Shown: positions 48,936 through 61,860, counted from the first letter of the stretch. The stretch: DNA of 64,000 nucleotides from Negaprion brevirostris (GCA_030324005.1 JARDVH010000133.1:24674527-24738526), one strand, 5' to 3'. Notes: generated by a model not told the origin, from the sequence alone. Program-made: numbers and translations.

Positions 48936-49334
48936 TGGCATGGAAGTGACCAAGGTTAAATAGTTTTCCACTAGGACGGTATTCACTAATGACACTAGCG
49001 GGCAGTTGATTTTTGAGGTGAATAATAGATTGTAAATACTGAAGGGGCCATCACACAGCCTCAATGTTCCCTTATGGATTATGAAGGCGAATGTTTCGGA
49101 TATCCCAAGACAGTTCCAGTCGCATCATCATGAAGCAGTTGCAGGATTGTGATGAAATTTCTTGGGCATGCAGATAGTTGGAACACCCTCTACAGCAGCA
49201 TCTTGTAACTTTACTGAGTCAAATACTTTGGTCAGATGACTAAATGCAATGAAGAATATCTGGTGTTGTTCCCACCATTTTCCTGGATTTATCTGGCAGC
49301 AAAGGCCACGTTGGTGGTTCATCTGGTGGGGGAA

Positions 49335-50080
49335 TTTGGGTGAAATGGTGTGATGACAGTAATCTCTCCCTCAATGTCAGTAAAACAAAGATAATAGTCA
49401 TCGACTACAGTAGAAATTGTGGAGGACATGCCCCTGTCTACTTCAACGGGGATGGAGTGGAAATGGTCAAGAACTTCAAGATTCTGGCTGTCCAGATCAC
49501 CCAACAACCTGTCCTGGTCCGTCCACACTGACGTTATAGTTAAGAAAGCCGACCAACGCCTCTACTTTCTCAGGAGGCTAAGGATATTTGGTACGTCCAC
49601 TACGACTTTCATCAAATTTTAGAGATGCATCACAGAAAACGTCCTTTCCAGATGTGTCACTCCTGCTTTTAATAAGAGCTCAAGGGTTCGGAATGTAGCC
49701 TAGTCCAAATCGCAGACCATCCATTGACTCTGTCTACACTTCCTGCTGCCTCAGAAAAGCAGCCAGCCTAACCAAAGACCCCACGCACCCCGGACATACT
49801 CTCTTCTACCTTCTTCCATTGGAAAATAGATATAGAAGTCTTCGATCACGTACCGACCAATTCAAAAACAGCTTCTACCTTGCTGCCATCAGACTTTTGA
49901 ACAGACCTACCTTTGTATTAAGTTGATCTTTCTCTAACCCTAGCTATGACTGTAACACTATCTTCTGCAACTTCTACTTCTCCCCTATGTACTCTACGAA
50001 GAGTATGCTTTGTCTGTATAACACACAAGAAACAATACTTTTCACTGAATCCCAATATATGTGAAAATAAATCAATTCAA
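49335..50080 (+). mobile_element. Rex1/Babar-like LINE 3' portion
   Basis: WCDDSNLSLNVSKTKIIVIDY; VKKADQRLYFLRRLRIFG; tail aataaatcaattcaaa. Confidence 0.8.
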
Positions 50081-50959
50081 AAAGTCTGGAAGATCGAAAG
50101 CCACATTGTCACTGGGAGGATTTCCTTAGCCACTGGTGTAGGCAGTTCAAGATTCAGTCTTTGGTGATGGCTGAGCCTCGTACCAGGCAGTGTACTCTGA
50201 TATCTATAATAGCAAGATGGCTGATGGCCTGCCCTCCAGACATTGTTTCATACATTGAAAACAATGTTTCTTATGTTCTTATGTTTGTCTAAGGCTTGAA
50301 ATGATGGTTGCTAAAGAATATTACTTGCAAGCTCTATATGACCATTTGTACTCACATATGCAAAGTTTGTTATCCACCATGAATGAGTTGCAGAGGGCCT
50401 GCTGAAACTTTGCATCTTGAACTGATGGAAGCACCATTTGTGATGTGTCAGGATCTATCTTCAGAATCAAACAGTCACGCGTTAAGTGAGACACTGCTGT
50501 TATTGTCTAACTCAAATGATCAGAATGAAAGAAGTAGCTTTTCATTGAATCATTTTCATGAGGATAACTCAGGAATGAAGGAACAGTCCAGTCCTTTGTC
50601 TGGTTCCTCTCCTACACCATCTTGCTCCGATGTTGTATATGGTTCTCCTATTGAGTCTTCCAAGCTGGGTTGCTTATGTTTTTTTCTCCTTCAGATCTGC
50701 TGCTTGTGAAATGCAATTCTTTTAGGAATTATTTTCATCCTAACAGTCCAGTAACTTGTTTATGTTTCTTCTATCTCTTGTGAACACATTTAATGTGTTT
50801 TGTAGCTTATCAGCCCTAATTGGCCCTGCTGGGTATTTTCCTTCCCCAAGTATCTTGAACAGTAAGAAACGTCCACCATACACTTGCTGACCATTCTGTC
50901 TGCCTTTTTGTTCCTTTTTAATCAAGTCTATTCCATTCTATCTATCCATCATCTCTTCC

Positions 50960-51132
50960 ATGCCTACCAACAAATGGGGCAACCATCTTCAAGTCTATTC
51001 TCACAGCTAGAATTTCCTGGAACAGGTTGCTAGCATGTTGCCATCTCTTCCATTAAATCCCGGGGTGGGACTTGAACCTAGAGCTACTGGCTCAGAGACA
51101 GGGATGCTACCCACTGATGCCACTAGCCCTCC
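50960..51132 (-). mobile_element. tRNA-derived SINE family C
   Basis: gggtgggacttgaacctagagctactggctcagagacagggatgctacccactg. Confidence 0.7.
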
Positions 51133-52809
51133 AGTCTATTCTATTAGCTTTCCTTAAAAGTAGATACTAAGAATCCAAATTCCTCTGGGATGCGATTACA
51201 TGGTCCTCTGGGATGCGGTTGTCTGTGGTCAATCTTTGCACTCGCATATTATGCTAGTTTGTGTTGCTCATGAGGCTATTGGAGAGGATTTCCAGAGAGC
51301 TGCTGTTAACCTGGTGAAACCTGCTATTGATGTGTCAGCCTAGATAATGTGCTTTTAAGTCCTCGGAGGTGACAGTGACTCAAGCTGACACTTTGCTGTT
51401 CTGATACTGAAAGGGCATGAGCATGTTTCCTTAGATCAACTGCGTTCATCAGTGCCGTCTTCTAACATTTCTTGTCGTGTCCTCGGATGCAGTCTGGCAA
51501 ATCTGTTGTAAACTGAGACCCTTGGAGAAAAATGAAGCTCGGTATCTGGACAAATTATCCAGCTGATTCTACACGAATATTTTGTTATTACGGACAATTT
51601 AGTAGTTGACTAATTTTTTTTAAAGGTTCACTTTTTTTTATCATGTTGCACAAATCTGTTGAAGGGTTACTATTAGGAGCAGGAGCTGTAAGTAGATTTA
51701 AATTGCTACTGAAAGGGTTTCCAGTGAAGGCAATATGTTATAATGTTCGAAACCATATGCACCATTTTCAGGGCTCATCAGTTTTACATTGATTTCCAGT
51801 GAAGTGTTTAATTGCATCATGAACAGGATATAATTCAAGTCTTTCAGCAAAATGTATATTACAAAATGATGTACAGTTCTGACAGCTGAAATTCAGAATT
51901 GTTCGGACATCGTAAATTGAGATTAATTTTGAAATTTGTATGTAGGTGGCTGACTCGAATCACAAAGAAATAAACTCCATTGCAGAAATACGTGAAGTGA
52001 CAAAAATGAGCCTGATTTTGCCCTCCTTTTCCAGGGTGTTTTGTTTATTATTTCTGCACAAGAGAAGCCGAACCTAGAAAAGAAAAAAAGCTTTCTTATC
52101 ATCCAGTCTTATTCATCAGTTGCATAAATATTTTAACCAAAACATTTGGACTCTCTTTATTTTTGCACAATGGATGTGACCCATAGACCCAGATATACAC
52201 TCCCAGGATGAGTGCACAGGGTCAGGACATTTCCTGACTATGAAAGCCCGACCTGGGGAAAAGAAACCTGGATGTTGAGAATTTTGGTCAGGGCAGGGGA
52301 GCGTTGCAGGCTGCATAAGATGTCTGGTCTGATGGCCTTGGAATGAATGTGGAGACTGGCTGGCTGACTGGAAAGCTTGTCCCTTTGCACCAGCACTGTG
52401 TTAAAGAGTGGGAAAAAAATCAATAAAACAAAATGAAGCCCCACGAAGTGTCATCTCATTCCTCCAATGGGCTCCCTTGCCATCCATGCCAACCTATGCC
52501 CAAAATGCCATGACCACTCGCTCCTTATGCCCCGGTGTCTCTCAGCTCTGTGCCAACTCATGCCAACCCATGCCTAACCATTCTTTGCACTTACCCCCTC
52601 CATGCCAACTCAGTATTCACCATGGGAAAACTCAGGATGATGTGAAATAAAGTTGTGTCTAGAAACAATGTTACTATTTAAAAAAAACAGCTCATTGATT
52701 TTTAAAGAGATGATACATTGAAATTCCTTCACCCAATACCTGATGAAAACAAATATTTCACTTAAGTACTTAATCACTTACAAAAAAAAATCCTATTCTA
52801 TAACCTATG

Positions 52810-53608
52810 CTTGTTGGCAATTCTGAGATTTAGATGTTTCAGTAAGAGTAGGGAAGGCAATAAAAGAGGTGGAGGGGTAGCATTGTTAATCAAGGACAGT
52901 TTAATGGCTACTGATAGGCATTTCGAGGGCGATCTGCCTATTGAGGTAATATGGGCTGAAGTTAGAAATAGTAAAGGTCGGTCACATTGTTAGGAATTTT
53001 CTATAGGCCCCCAAATAGTAATACAGATGTGGAGGAGGAAATGGCAAAGCAGATTATGGATAGGGTGTGGAGGTTATCATGGGTGATTTTAACTTTCCAA
53101 ATATTGATTGGAACCTTTTANNNNNNNNNNNNNNNNNNNNNNNNNNNNNNNNNNNNNNNNNNNNNNNNNNNNNNNNNNNNNNNNNNNNNNNNNNNNNNNN
53201 NNNNNNNNNNNNNNNNNNNNGTTGAGGGGTGTCCTGATATAAGTCTACAAACATTATGAGAGGCATGGACATACGGGACACTCAGAAGCTTTTTCCCAGA
53301 GTGGAAGAGTCAATTACTAGGGGGCATAGGTTTAAGGTGCGAGAGGCAGGCTTAAAGGAAATGTACAAGGCAAGTTTCTTTTTACACAGAGGGTGATGGG
53401 TGCTTGGAACTTGCTGCCAGGGGAGGTAGTGGAAGCAGATATTTTAGTGACTTATAAGGGGTATCTTGACAAATTCATGACTAGGATGGGAATAGAGGGA
53501 TATGGTCCCTGGAAGGGTAGGGGCTTTTAGTTCAGTTGGGCAGCATGGTCAGTGCAGGCTTGGGGGGCCGAAGGGCCTGTTCCTGTGCTATAATTTTCTT
53601 TGTTCTTT
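52810..53608 (+). mobile_element. CR1/HER1 LINE pieces (endonuclease and 3' end across a gap)
   Basis: REGNKRGGGVALLIKD; GIFYRPPNS; 3' end ggggccgaagggcctgttcctgtgcta. Confidence 0.9.
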
Positions 53609-53611
53609 AAA

Positions 53612-53748
53612 ATCGGAGCACCTGGAGGAAACCCACGCACACACGGACAGAAGATGCAAACTCCACACAGACAATGACCCAAAGCTGGAATTCAAACCGG
53701 GACCCTGGGGCTCTGAGGCAGTAGTACTAACCACTCTGCCATTGTGCT
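53612..53748 (-). mobile_element. HE1 SINE 5' part
   Basis: ggagcacctggaggaaacccacgcac...gaggcagtagtactaaccact. Confidence 0.85.
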
Positions 53749-53749
53749 G

Positions 53750-54110
53750 ACCTTACTACTCTGCCATTCTATTTCTCCATCCAAAATGGATAACTTCAGA
53801 TTTATCCATGTGATACTGCATCGGCCATATTTGCTCATTCATTCAACTTGGTTAAATCACCCTGAAGCCTCTTCAGATCCTCCTCACATTCCTATCAAGT
53901 TTCGTGTCATTTGCAAACTTGAAATATTACATTTGGCTTCTTCATCCAAATCATTCTTATATATTGTAAAAGGCTCAGGCCCAAACACTGATCCCTGCGG
54001 GACTCCACTAGTCACCGCCTACAACATTGAAAAAGTCTCATTTGTTCTTACTTTCTGTTTTCAGTCTGCAAACCAATTCTCATTCCAATCCAAAATATTA
54101 GCCCCAATCC
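53750..54110 (-). mobile_element. CR1 RT fragment
   Basis: ggcccaaacactgatccctgcgggactccactagtcacc is the reverse complement of a VTSGVPQGSVFGP-coding segment. Confidence 0.85.
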
Positions 54111-54394
54111 CACTGGAACTGCCCATTTGTCAAAAAATGTCAAAGCTATCAAAGAATTGTCAAAGCTCACTGGAACTGTCAAAGTTGTCAAGGAACTTAA
54201 CTCTACTAAGCTTTAAATTAAAATAGTATGGAGTTTAAAAAAAAATCAGTGCTGGCTATAATATTCTGTGTGTTGACGTAAGTCTGAGGATTATCACTGT
54301 AGGATTTGTGCTGCATGATTCATTTTACAAACTAACATTATCAAACAGAGTGATTACGTGTTAAGTGAGCTGTTTGATTGACACGTCGAAATAG

Positions 54395-54926
54395 TTATAG
54401 AACAGTATAGCACAGCACAGGCCCTTCAGCCCTCGATGTTGTGCCGAGCTATGTCTGAACCCAAGATCAAGCTATCCCACTCCCTATCATTCTGGTGTGT
54501 TCCATGTGCCTANNNNNNNNNNNNNNNNNNNNNNNNNNNNNNNNNNNNNNNNNNNNNNNNNNNNNNNNNNNNNNNNNNNNNNNNNNNNNNNNNNNNNNNN
54601 NNNNNNNNNNNNNNNNNNNNNNNNNNNNNNNNNNNNNNNNNNNNNNNNNNNNTCGCTACGAGAGGACACAGGTTTAAGGTGCTGGGGAGTAGGTACAGAG
54701 GAGATGTCAGGGGTAAGTTTTTCACTCAGGGGGTGGTGGGTGAGTGGAATCGGCTGCCGGCGGTGGTGGAGGAGGCGGATTCGATAAGGTCTTTTAAGGG
54801 ACTTTTGCACAAGTACATGGGACTTAGTAAGACTGAGCGTTATAGGTATGCCTAGTAGGCCGGGATGTGTTCGGCACAACTTGTGGGCCAAAGGGCCTGT
54901 TTGTGCTGTAGATTTTCTATGTTTCT
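54395..54926. mobile_element. Two CR1 3' ends in opposite orientation across a gap
   Basis: Minus tail atagaacagtatagcacagcacaggccc; plus TRGHRFKVLGSRYRGDVRGKFFTQ...ttctatgtttcta. Confidence 0.85.
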
Positions 54927-54954
54927 AGCCGATCTTTCAACTCAGGAGAACAGT

Positions 54955-56822
54955 TGCTCCCTATCCACATATCCATGCCCCTCAATCAGCTCACCCCTCG
55001 CTCTTCTCTGCTCCAGAGAAAACAACACAAGCTCACTTTATAACTCAAATGTTCCATCACAGGCAGCATCCTGGTGAGTCTCCTCTACCTCCTTCAGTGC
55101 GTTCATTCATTTCCTTTCTATAATGTAGCGACCAAAACTGCAAACAGTAATCCTGCTGTGGTGTCACCAAAGTTTGCTACAACTCCATTATGCCCTCTCT
55201 GCTTTTGTAATTTATACTCCGATTGACAAAGGCAAGTGTGCTGTATGCCTTTTTCACTGATCTATTAACCCACCTTTCTGCTTTCAGACATCTATGGACA
55301 AACATGCCAAGGTCCCTTAGTTCGGAATTTTGCAGTGTCAGGCAAAGAATAAAGAAAATTACAGCACAGGAACAGGCCCTTCGGCCCTCCAAGCCTGCAT
55401 CGACCATGCTGTCCGACTTAACTAAAACCCCTTACCCTTCTGGGGACCAAGTTCCTCGATTCCCATCCTATTCATGTATTTGTCAAGACTCCCCTTAGAA
55501 GTACCCGATTCCACTACCTCCCCCGGCAACGGGTTCCAGGCACTCACCACCCTGTGTAGAAAATCTGCCTCGTACATCCCCTTATGCCTTGCCCCTCGCA
55601 CCTTAAACCTGTGTCCCCCTAGTAATTGACTCTTCCACCCTGGGAAAAAGCTTCTGACTGTCCACTCTGTCCATGCCTCTCATAATCTTGTAGACTCTAT
55701 CAGGTCTCCCCTCAATCTCCGTGGTTCCAGTGAGAACAAACCAAGTTTCGCCAACCTCTCCTCACAGCTAATGCCCTCCATACCAGGCAACATTCTAGTA
55801 AATCTTTTCTGTATCCTCTCCAAAGCCTACACATCCTTCTGGTAGTGGTGTAGAATTGAACATTATATTCCAAATGTGGCCTAACTAAGGTTCTATAAAG
55901 CTGCAACGTGACTTGCCAATTTTTAGACTCAGTACCCTGGCCAATGAAGGCAAGCATGCTGTATGCCTTCTTGACTGCCTTCTCCACTTGCATTGCCTGT
56001 GTACCTGTACACCCAGATCTCTCTGCCTATCACTACTCTTAAAGGTTCTGCCATTTATTGTACGTTTCCTGCCTGTGTTAGACCTTCCAAAATGCATTAC
56101 CTCACATTTGTCCGGATTAAATTCCACCTGCCATCTCTCCGCCCAAGTCTTCAACTGATCCATATCCTACTGTATCCTCTAGTGGTCCTCATCACTATCC
56201 GCAAATCCATCAACCTTTGTGTTGTCCGCAAACCTACTAATCAAACCAGTTACATTTTCCTCCAAATCATTTACTACAAAAAGCAAAGGTCCCAGCATTG
56301 ATCCCTGAGGAACGCCATTTGTCTCAGCCCTCCACTGCTACCCTCCGTCTTCTATAATTGAACCAGTTCTGTGTCCACCTTGCCGGCTCACCTCTGGTCC
56401 TATGCGACTTCACCTTCTGCACCAGTCTGCCATGCGGCACCTTGTCTAAAGCATTACTGAAGTCCACGTAGACAAATTCACTGCTCTACCCTCATCAATC
56501 ATCATCTTCACTTCCTCAAAAAACTCGATCAAGTTAGTGAGGCACGACCTCTCCTTCACAAAACCATATTGTCTCTCGCTAATATGTCCCGTTATTTCAA
56601 AGTGGGAATAAATCCTGTCTCGAAGAATCCTCTCCAATACTTTCCCTACCACTGACATCAGGCTCACCAGCCTTTATTAACCTGGATTATTCTTGCTGCC
56701 CTCCTTAAACAAAGGAACAACATTGGCTATTCTCCAATCCTCTGGGACCTCCCCCGTAGCCAGTGAGGATACAAAGATTTCTCTCAAAGCACCAGCAATT
56801 TCCTACCTTGCTTCTTTCAGCA
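54955..56822 (-). mobile_element. CR1/HER1 LINE fragments (two adjacent copies)
   Basis: SCLTNLIEFFEEV; WAERWQVEFNPDKCEVMHFG; LYRTLVRPHLEY; frameshifted. Confidence 0.93.
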
Positions 56823-56829
56823 TTGAGTA

Positions 56830-57072
56830 TTTCCTCCCACAAACCAAAGATGTGCAGGTTAGGCGGATTGGCTATGCAAATTGCCCCTTAGTGTCCAAAG
56901 GTGTGTAGGTTAGGGGGATTAGCCGTGGTAAATGTGTGAGTTAATGGGATGGGGGGGGTGCAGTTTACAGGGTTGGGCTGGCATGGGCCTGAGTTAGATG
57001 TTCTGCTGAAAAATTAGTGCAGACTTGATGGATTGAATGACGTCCTTCTGCACTGTAGGTATTGTATGATTT
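56830..57072 (+). mobile_element. HE1 SINE 3' part
   Basis: ttcctcccacaaaccaaagatgtgcaggttagg...ccttctgcactgtagg. Confidence 0.82.
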
Positions 57073-57079
57073 TATTTAA

Positions 57080-57822
57080 ATGGTTGTAGATGTAGAAATG
57101 TTGACATACAAGGATACCTTGGGTGTTCTTGTGCAGCAATGAACGAAAGCAAACATGCATGTACAGCAAGCAATTAGGGAGACAAATGGTTTATTGGCCT
57201 TCGTTGCAAAAGGACTTGAGTACGTTTGGAAGGAGTGCAGCTGTACAAGGCCCTGGTGAGACCACACCTGGACTATTCTGTACTTTTGTGCAGTTTTAGT
57301 CTCCTAATTTAAGAAAAGATATTCTTGCCATGGAGGGACTGCAGCGAAGGTTCACCATACCTGTTCACCAGATTGATTTCTGGGATGGCAGGATTTTTGT
57401 ATGAGGAGAGATTGGGTTGACTGGGCTACTATTCACTGGTATTTAGAAGAATGAGAGGAGTTCTAATTGAAACGTATAAAATTCTGACCGGCCTGGACAG
57501 GTTAGATGTAGGGATGTTGTTTCCTCTGGTTAGGAGATCTAGAACAAGGGACGGCCATGTAGGACTGGGTTGAGGAGAAACTTCCCCACTTGGAAGGTGG
57601 TGAACCTGTGGAATTCTCTATTGCAAAATGCTGTGGAGGCCAAGTCACTGAATAGATCTAGAGAAGTAAATAAATAGATTCCTAGATTCTGAAGGTGTGA
57701 AGGGGTATGGAGAGAGCATGAGAGTATGGTGTTCAGGTAGAAGATCAACTATAATCATATTGAATGCAGAGCAAGCTCATAGTACCGAATGGCCTATTCC
57801 TATTTTCTGTTATGAGTTTATG
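57080..57822 (+). mobile_element. CR1 LINE 3' portion
   Basis: ctggtgagaccacacctggactat...gtggtgaacctgtggaattctc...gaatggcctattcct. Confidence 0.88.
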
Positions 57823-58294
57823 CGCTTTTTACACACATTCATGTCTACTTTAACTTGAAAAGTGTACTTTGAAACAAGTCTTACAAGGTTCAGATCTGCT
57901 CCTACCAGGTCTAATTGGGAAATTTCAGAGATCAGACACTTACCTCACCAAAACCACGTGCGTTAGTGGAAGGAGCTGCTGATTTATATGGGCAGCTGTT
58001 TCTGGTAACCACGCATCCAGTATGACTTCTGTTGGGTGATAGGAAGATTGTCATTGGTTTTGGATGGTGCACTCCTGTGCAAAACACAACTGCTTCCAAA
58101 CAATATTACTTGTATGATGGGTGTCGATGCGTTTCTCTGAATGGAAATTTCTTTAGGCTTGTTTCTCAATCTGAAATGGATGACATATAGGGGTGAGTGA
58201 ATTCATCACCAGCGCATCCTGTCCCCATCTGGAAGCCCACTACTGGCCTGAAGTTGGGCCCTGGGCCTCATTTAACATTATTTAGGTGAACTGT

Positions 58295-58470
58295 TGGGTG
58301 GCCCAGTGGCACAGTGCCAAGGACCCATGTTCAATTCCAGCCTTGGGTGACTGTGCGGAGTCTACACATTCTTCCTGTGTCTGTGTGGGTTTCCTGCAGA
58401 TGCTCTGATGTCCTACCACATTGCAAAGATATGCACTTGATTGGCCATGCTAAATTGCTCTTTAGTGTCT
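58295..58470 (+). mobile_element. HE1 SINE (truncated)
   Basis: cagtgccaaggacccatgttcaattcc...ttggccatgctaaattg. Confidence 0.8.
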
Positions 58471-58479
58471 TAACGTTTC

Positions 58480-60100
58480 CGAAGAGAACTTGGGGAAATA
58501 AACAGTGATGTCTTGAGGAATGCACATATTACAGAGAAAGAGGTACTGGAAGTCTTAAAGTGTATCAAGATAGATAAATACCCGGGATCTGATGAAGTGT
58601 ATGCCAGGATATTGAGGGAGGCTAGGGAGGAAATTGCCGTTCCTCTAGCAGAGATAGTTGAATCATCTTTAGTCACGGGTGAAGTGCCTGAAGATTGGAG
58701 AGTGGGAAATGTTGTGCCTTTGTTTAAAAAGGGCTGCAGGGAAAAGCCTGGAAACTACAGGCCAGGGAACTTCACATCTGTGGTGGGAAAGTTGTTGGGA
58801 GATATTTTGCGAGGCAGGATTTACAGGCATTTAGAGCTGCAAAGACTGATTAGGGGCAGTCAGCATGGCTTTGTGAGTGGAAAATCATGCCTCTCAAATT
58901 TGATTGAGTTTTTTTGAAGAGGTAACCAAGAAAGTAGGTGAGGGCAGTGCAGTTGATGTTGTCTACATGGACTTTAGCAAGGTCTTTGACAAGATACTGC
59001 ATGTAGATTGTTGCATAAGGTTAAATCTCATTGGATCCAGGGTGAGGTATCTAAATGGATACAAAATTGGCATCTTGACAGAAGTCAGAGGGTGGTTGTN
59101 NNNNNNNNNNNNNNNNNNNNNNNNNNNNNNNNNNNNNNNNNNNNNNNNNNNNNNNNNNNNNNNNNNNNNNNNNNNNNNNNNNNNNNNNNNNNNNNNNNNN
59201 NNNNNNNNNNNNNNNNNNNNNNNNNNNNNNNNNNNNNNNNNNNNNNNNNNNNNNNNNNNNNNNNNNNNNNNNNNNNNNNNNNNNNNNNNNNNNNNNNNNN
59301 NNNNNNNNNNNNNNNNNNNNNNNNNNNNNNNNNNNNNNNNNNNNNNNNNNNNNNNNNNNNNNNNNNNNNNNNNNNNNNNNNNNNNNNNNNNNNNNNNNNN
59401 NNNNNNNNNNNNNNNNNNNNNNNNNNNNNNNNNNNNNNNNNNNNNNNNNNNNNNNNNNNNNNNNNNNNNNNNNNNNNNNNNNNNNNNNNNNNNNNNNNNN
59501 NNNNNNNNNNNNNNNNNNNNNNNNNNNNNNNNNNNNNNNNNNNNNNNNNNNNNNNNNNNNNNNNNNNNNNNNNNNNNNNNNNNNNNNNNNNNNNNNNNNN
59601 NNNNNNNNNNNNNNNNNNNNNNNNNNNNNNNNNNNNNNNNNNNNNNNNNNNNNNNNNNNNNNNNNNNNGATGATTTGAGTTATAAGAAGTCATAAGATAG
59701 ACTGGGAATTTTTTCTCTGGAGTGTAGCAGGCTGAGGGGTGATCTTATAGAAGTCTACAAAATAATGAGGGGCATAGATCAACTAGATAGTCAATGTCTT
59801 TTCCCAAAGGTAGGGGAGTCTAAAACTAGAGGGCAAAGGTTTAAGGTGAGAAGGGAGAGATACAAAAGTGTCCAGAGGGGCAATTTTTTCACGCAGAGGG
59901 TGGTGAGTGTCAGGAACAAGCTGCCAGAGGTAGTAGTAAAGGTGGGTACAATTCTTTTAAAAAGCGTTTAGACAGTTACATGGGTAAGATGGGTATAGAG
60001 GGATATGGACCAAATGCAGGCAATTGGGATTAGTTTAGGGGGTTATAAAAAAAAGAGTGGCATGGACAAGTTGGGCTGAAGGGCCTGTTTCTATGATTCT
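58480..60100 (+). mobile_element. HER1/CR1 LINE ORF2 3' part (gapped, frameshifted)
   Basis: VPEDWRVGNVVPLFKKGCREKPGNYRP...SQHGFVSGKSCLSNLIEFF; VYMDFSKVFD; ttctatgattctat tail. Confidence 0.95.
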
Positions 60101-60284
60101 ATATTAGGGGGATTAGCAGGATAAATACATGGGATTACAGGGATAGGGCCTGGTTGGGATTGTTGTCGGTGCAGGCTCGATGGGCTGAATGGCCTCCTTC
60201 TCCGTTGAAGGGTTTGTATGTTGGCACCTGTTGCATCAGAATATTTTATAACATTAAAGGTGCTATGTAGGAAAATGTTGCTGC

Positions 60285-60415
60285 TGAGTATAGGATTGGG
60301 TTCAATGTTGATGTTGATTGGGCTCACAATCTGTTGACACTCACTGCCCGGGCTGAGTGAAAAATGGCCGCTTGGGATCGGAGCAAAGAACAGCCGTCAC
60401 TTTCCGTGAAACGTG
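60285..60415 (+). mobile_element. AmnSINE2-like remnant
   Basis: taggattgggttc...ctgttgacactcactgcccgggct...aatggccgcttggg; recalled similarity. Confidence 0.45.
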
Positions 60416-60498
60416 GTGAAAACAGTGATCCAGATGACTGCCAGATGAAGCAAGAATTCAGTTTTTATTTCACCCAGAATCAGAATGATCTGATGTCA

Positions 60499-60798
60499 GG
60501 CAACATGGTGGCACAGTGGTTAGCACTGCTGCCTCACAGCACCAGGGACCTGGGCTCCATTCCCGGCTTGGCTTTGTGCAGAGTCTGCATGTTGTCCCCA
60601 TGCCTATGTGGGTCTCCACCCATAGTCCATAGATGCATGATTTAGGTGGATTGGCCATGCTAAATTGCCCCTTAGTGTCAGGGGGACTAGCTAGGCTAAA
60701 TACATGGGGTTATGGGGATAAGGCCTGAGTGGGATTGTGGCCGGTACAGACTCGATGGGCTGAATGGTCTTCTTCTGCACTGTAGGGATCCTATGATT
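60499..60798 (+). mobile_element. HE1 SINE
   Basis: ggcaacatggtggcacagtggttagcactgctgcctcacagc...gggatcctatgatt. Confidence 0.93.
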
Positions 60799-61659
60799 GG
60801 ATTGTATACAGACGTCTGGTTATCTATCTCTCTCAATATAACCCACAAGGATGAACAATGACAGATGACCAGGGTGCAATTTCAGTGCAGCAATTGTGAA
60901 GGAGTGAGTTAGCCGACACTTCCAGCCTCTCATTTGCCTCACAGATGAATTTTAGTTGGGGGAAATTATTGGCCTTATAATAGCACTTGCTTCTCTTGGT
61001 TCTGAACTGGGGAAATAACTTTAAAATTTGTGAAATCTGTCCTCGTTAAGTGGTATAATCGCCAATTTACATTAAAAAGCTGCCTTTCTTTTAATAAATT
61101 TGTGGAATGTGTGTGAAATATTGATCAAGTGCCCCTTCCTGAAATATTTTACTTTTGAAGAGGAACCTGGCTTGTACGATTCACGACTAGAATTTATAAG
61201 CTCAGAGTGCTTAACATTTAATGAATTTGAGTGTCATTGATTTTTGAAAAATGTTTTCATTATGATGGTCATAGACTATAAAATACCCCATAGCTAAATC
61301 TCCAGTGCCGACTTCCTGCTTCCTTTTCTGTGGGTAATAGATCAAGGGTATGCATTTTATTGCCAATGCACTTTTAATTTGCCAATTTATGCGACCTCGA
61401 GACCTGTCCTTTGGAACGGGGAACGGGGGTGAAATAGTGCTATTGATCTGAGTATTGCTGTCACTCTGGGAGGAAAATTAAAGGTTAGTCATTAATTTCT
61501 GCTTGCGCATAACTGTATGTTTAATATTGAAATGACTAAAATATCCCTGCTCCTGAAGTGTGAAACACACGAGGATCGCTATCATTTTTGATTCATCAGC
61601 TACCCAGCTTTTTTTTAACAGCCTTATCTGTAGGTGATAATTCAGATTGGAATGTACTT

Positions 61660-61860
61660 TCACAGCAGGGTGAGCCTCCAGCATGTCCCCTGATTGGCCA
61701 TGTTTTATGTGTGAGGCTCGACACGGACCATGGGCCCCATCAACTGATCTGATTCTGTCCTCACTAGGGATCTACAAATGGGTACATCTAGCAGAAGGAT
61801 GAGGAGCATGGAGATTAGGCACTCGGTGGTAGTAAGCAGGAACCTTAGCTGACATTAGCC
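61660..61860 (-). mobile_element. AmnSINE2-like remnant
   Basis: ggccatgttttatgtgtgaggctcgacac...gattctgtcctcac...gcaggaaccttagctga. Confidence 0.4.

Larger units (their letters stand above)
47800..50180 (-). mobile_element. Decayed RTE-clade LINE with nested insertions
   Basis: Minus ORF 49128-49322 EQHQIFFIAFSHLTKVFDSV...PKKF (RTE RT motif); basic C-terminal segment at 47848-48117. Confidence 0.65.

Noticed and set aside
50383-50709. 108-aa Ser-rich plus-strand ORF as a gene
   Set aside because: No recognisable domain; composition fits an antisense shadow or a chance ORF.
54395-54926. Opposed CR1 3' ends as a twin-priming inversion
   Set aside because: Both pieces have their own, different 3' tails and are separated by a gap, so two independent insertions are more likely.
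1286-60798. tRNA-like A/B-box sequences as tRNA genes, or recurrent repeats as a CRISPR-like array
   Set aside because: They are dispersed SINE heads continuous with SINE cores and tails; there is no regular repeat-spacer structure.
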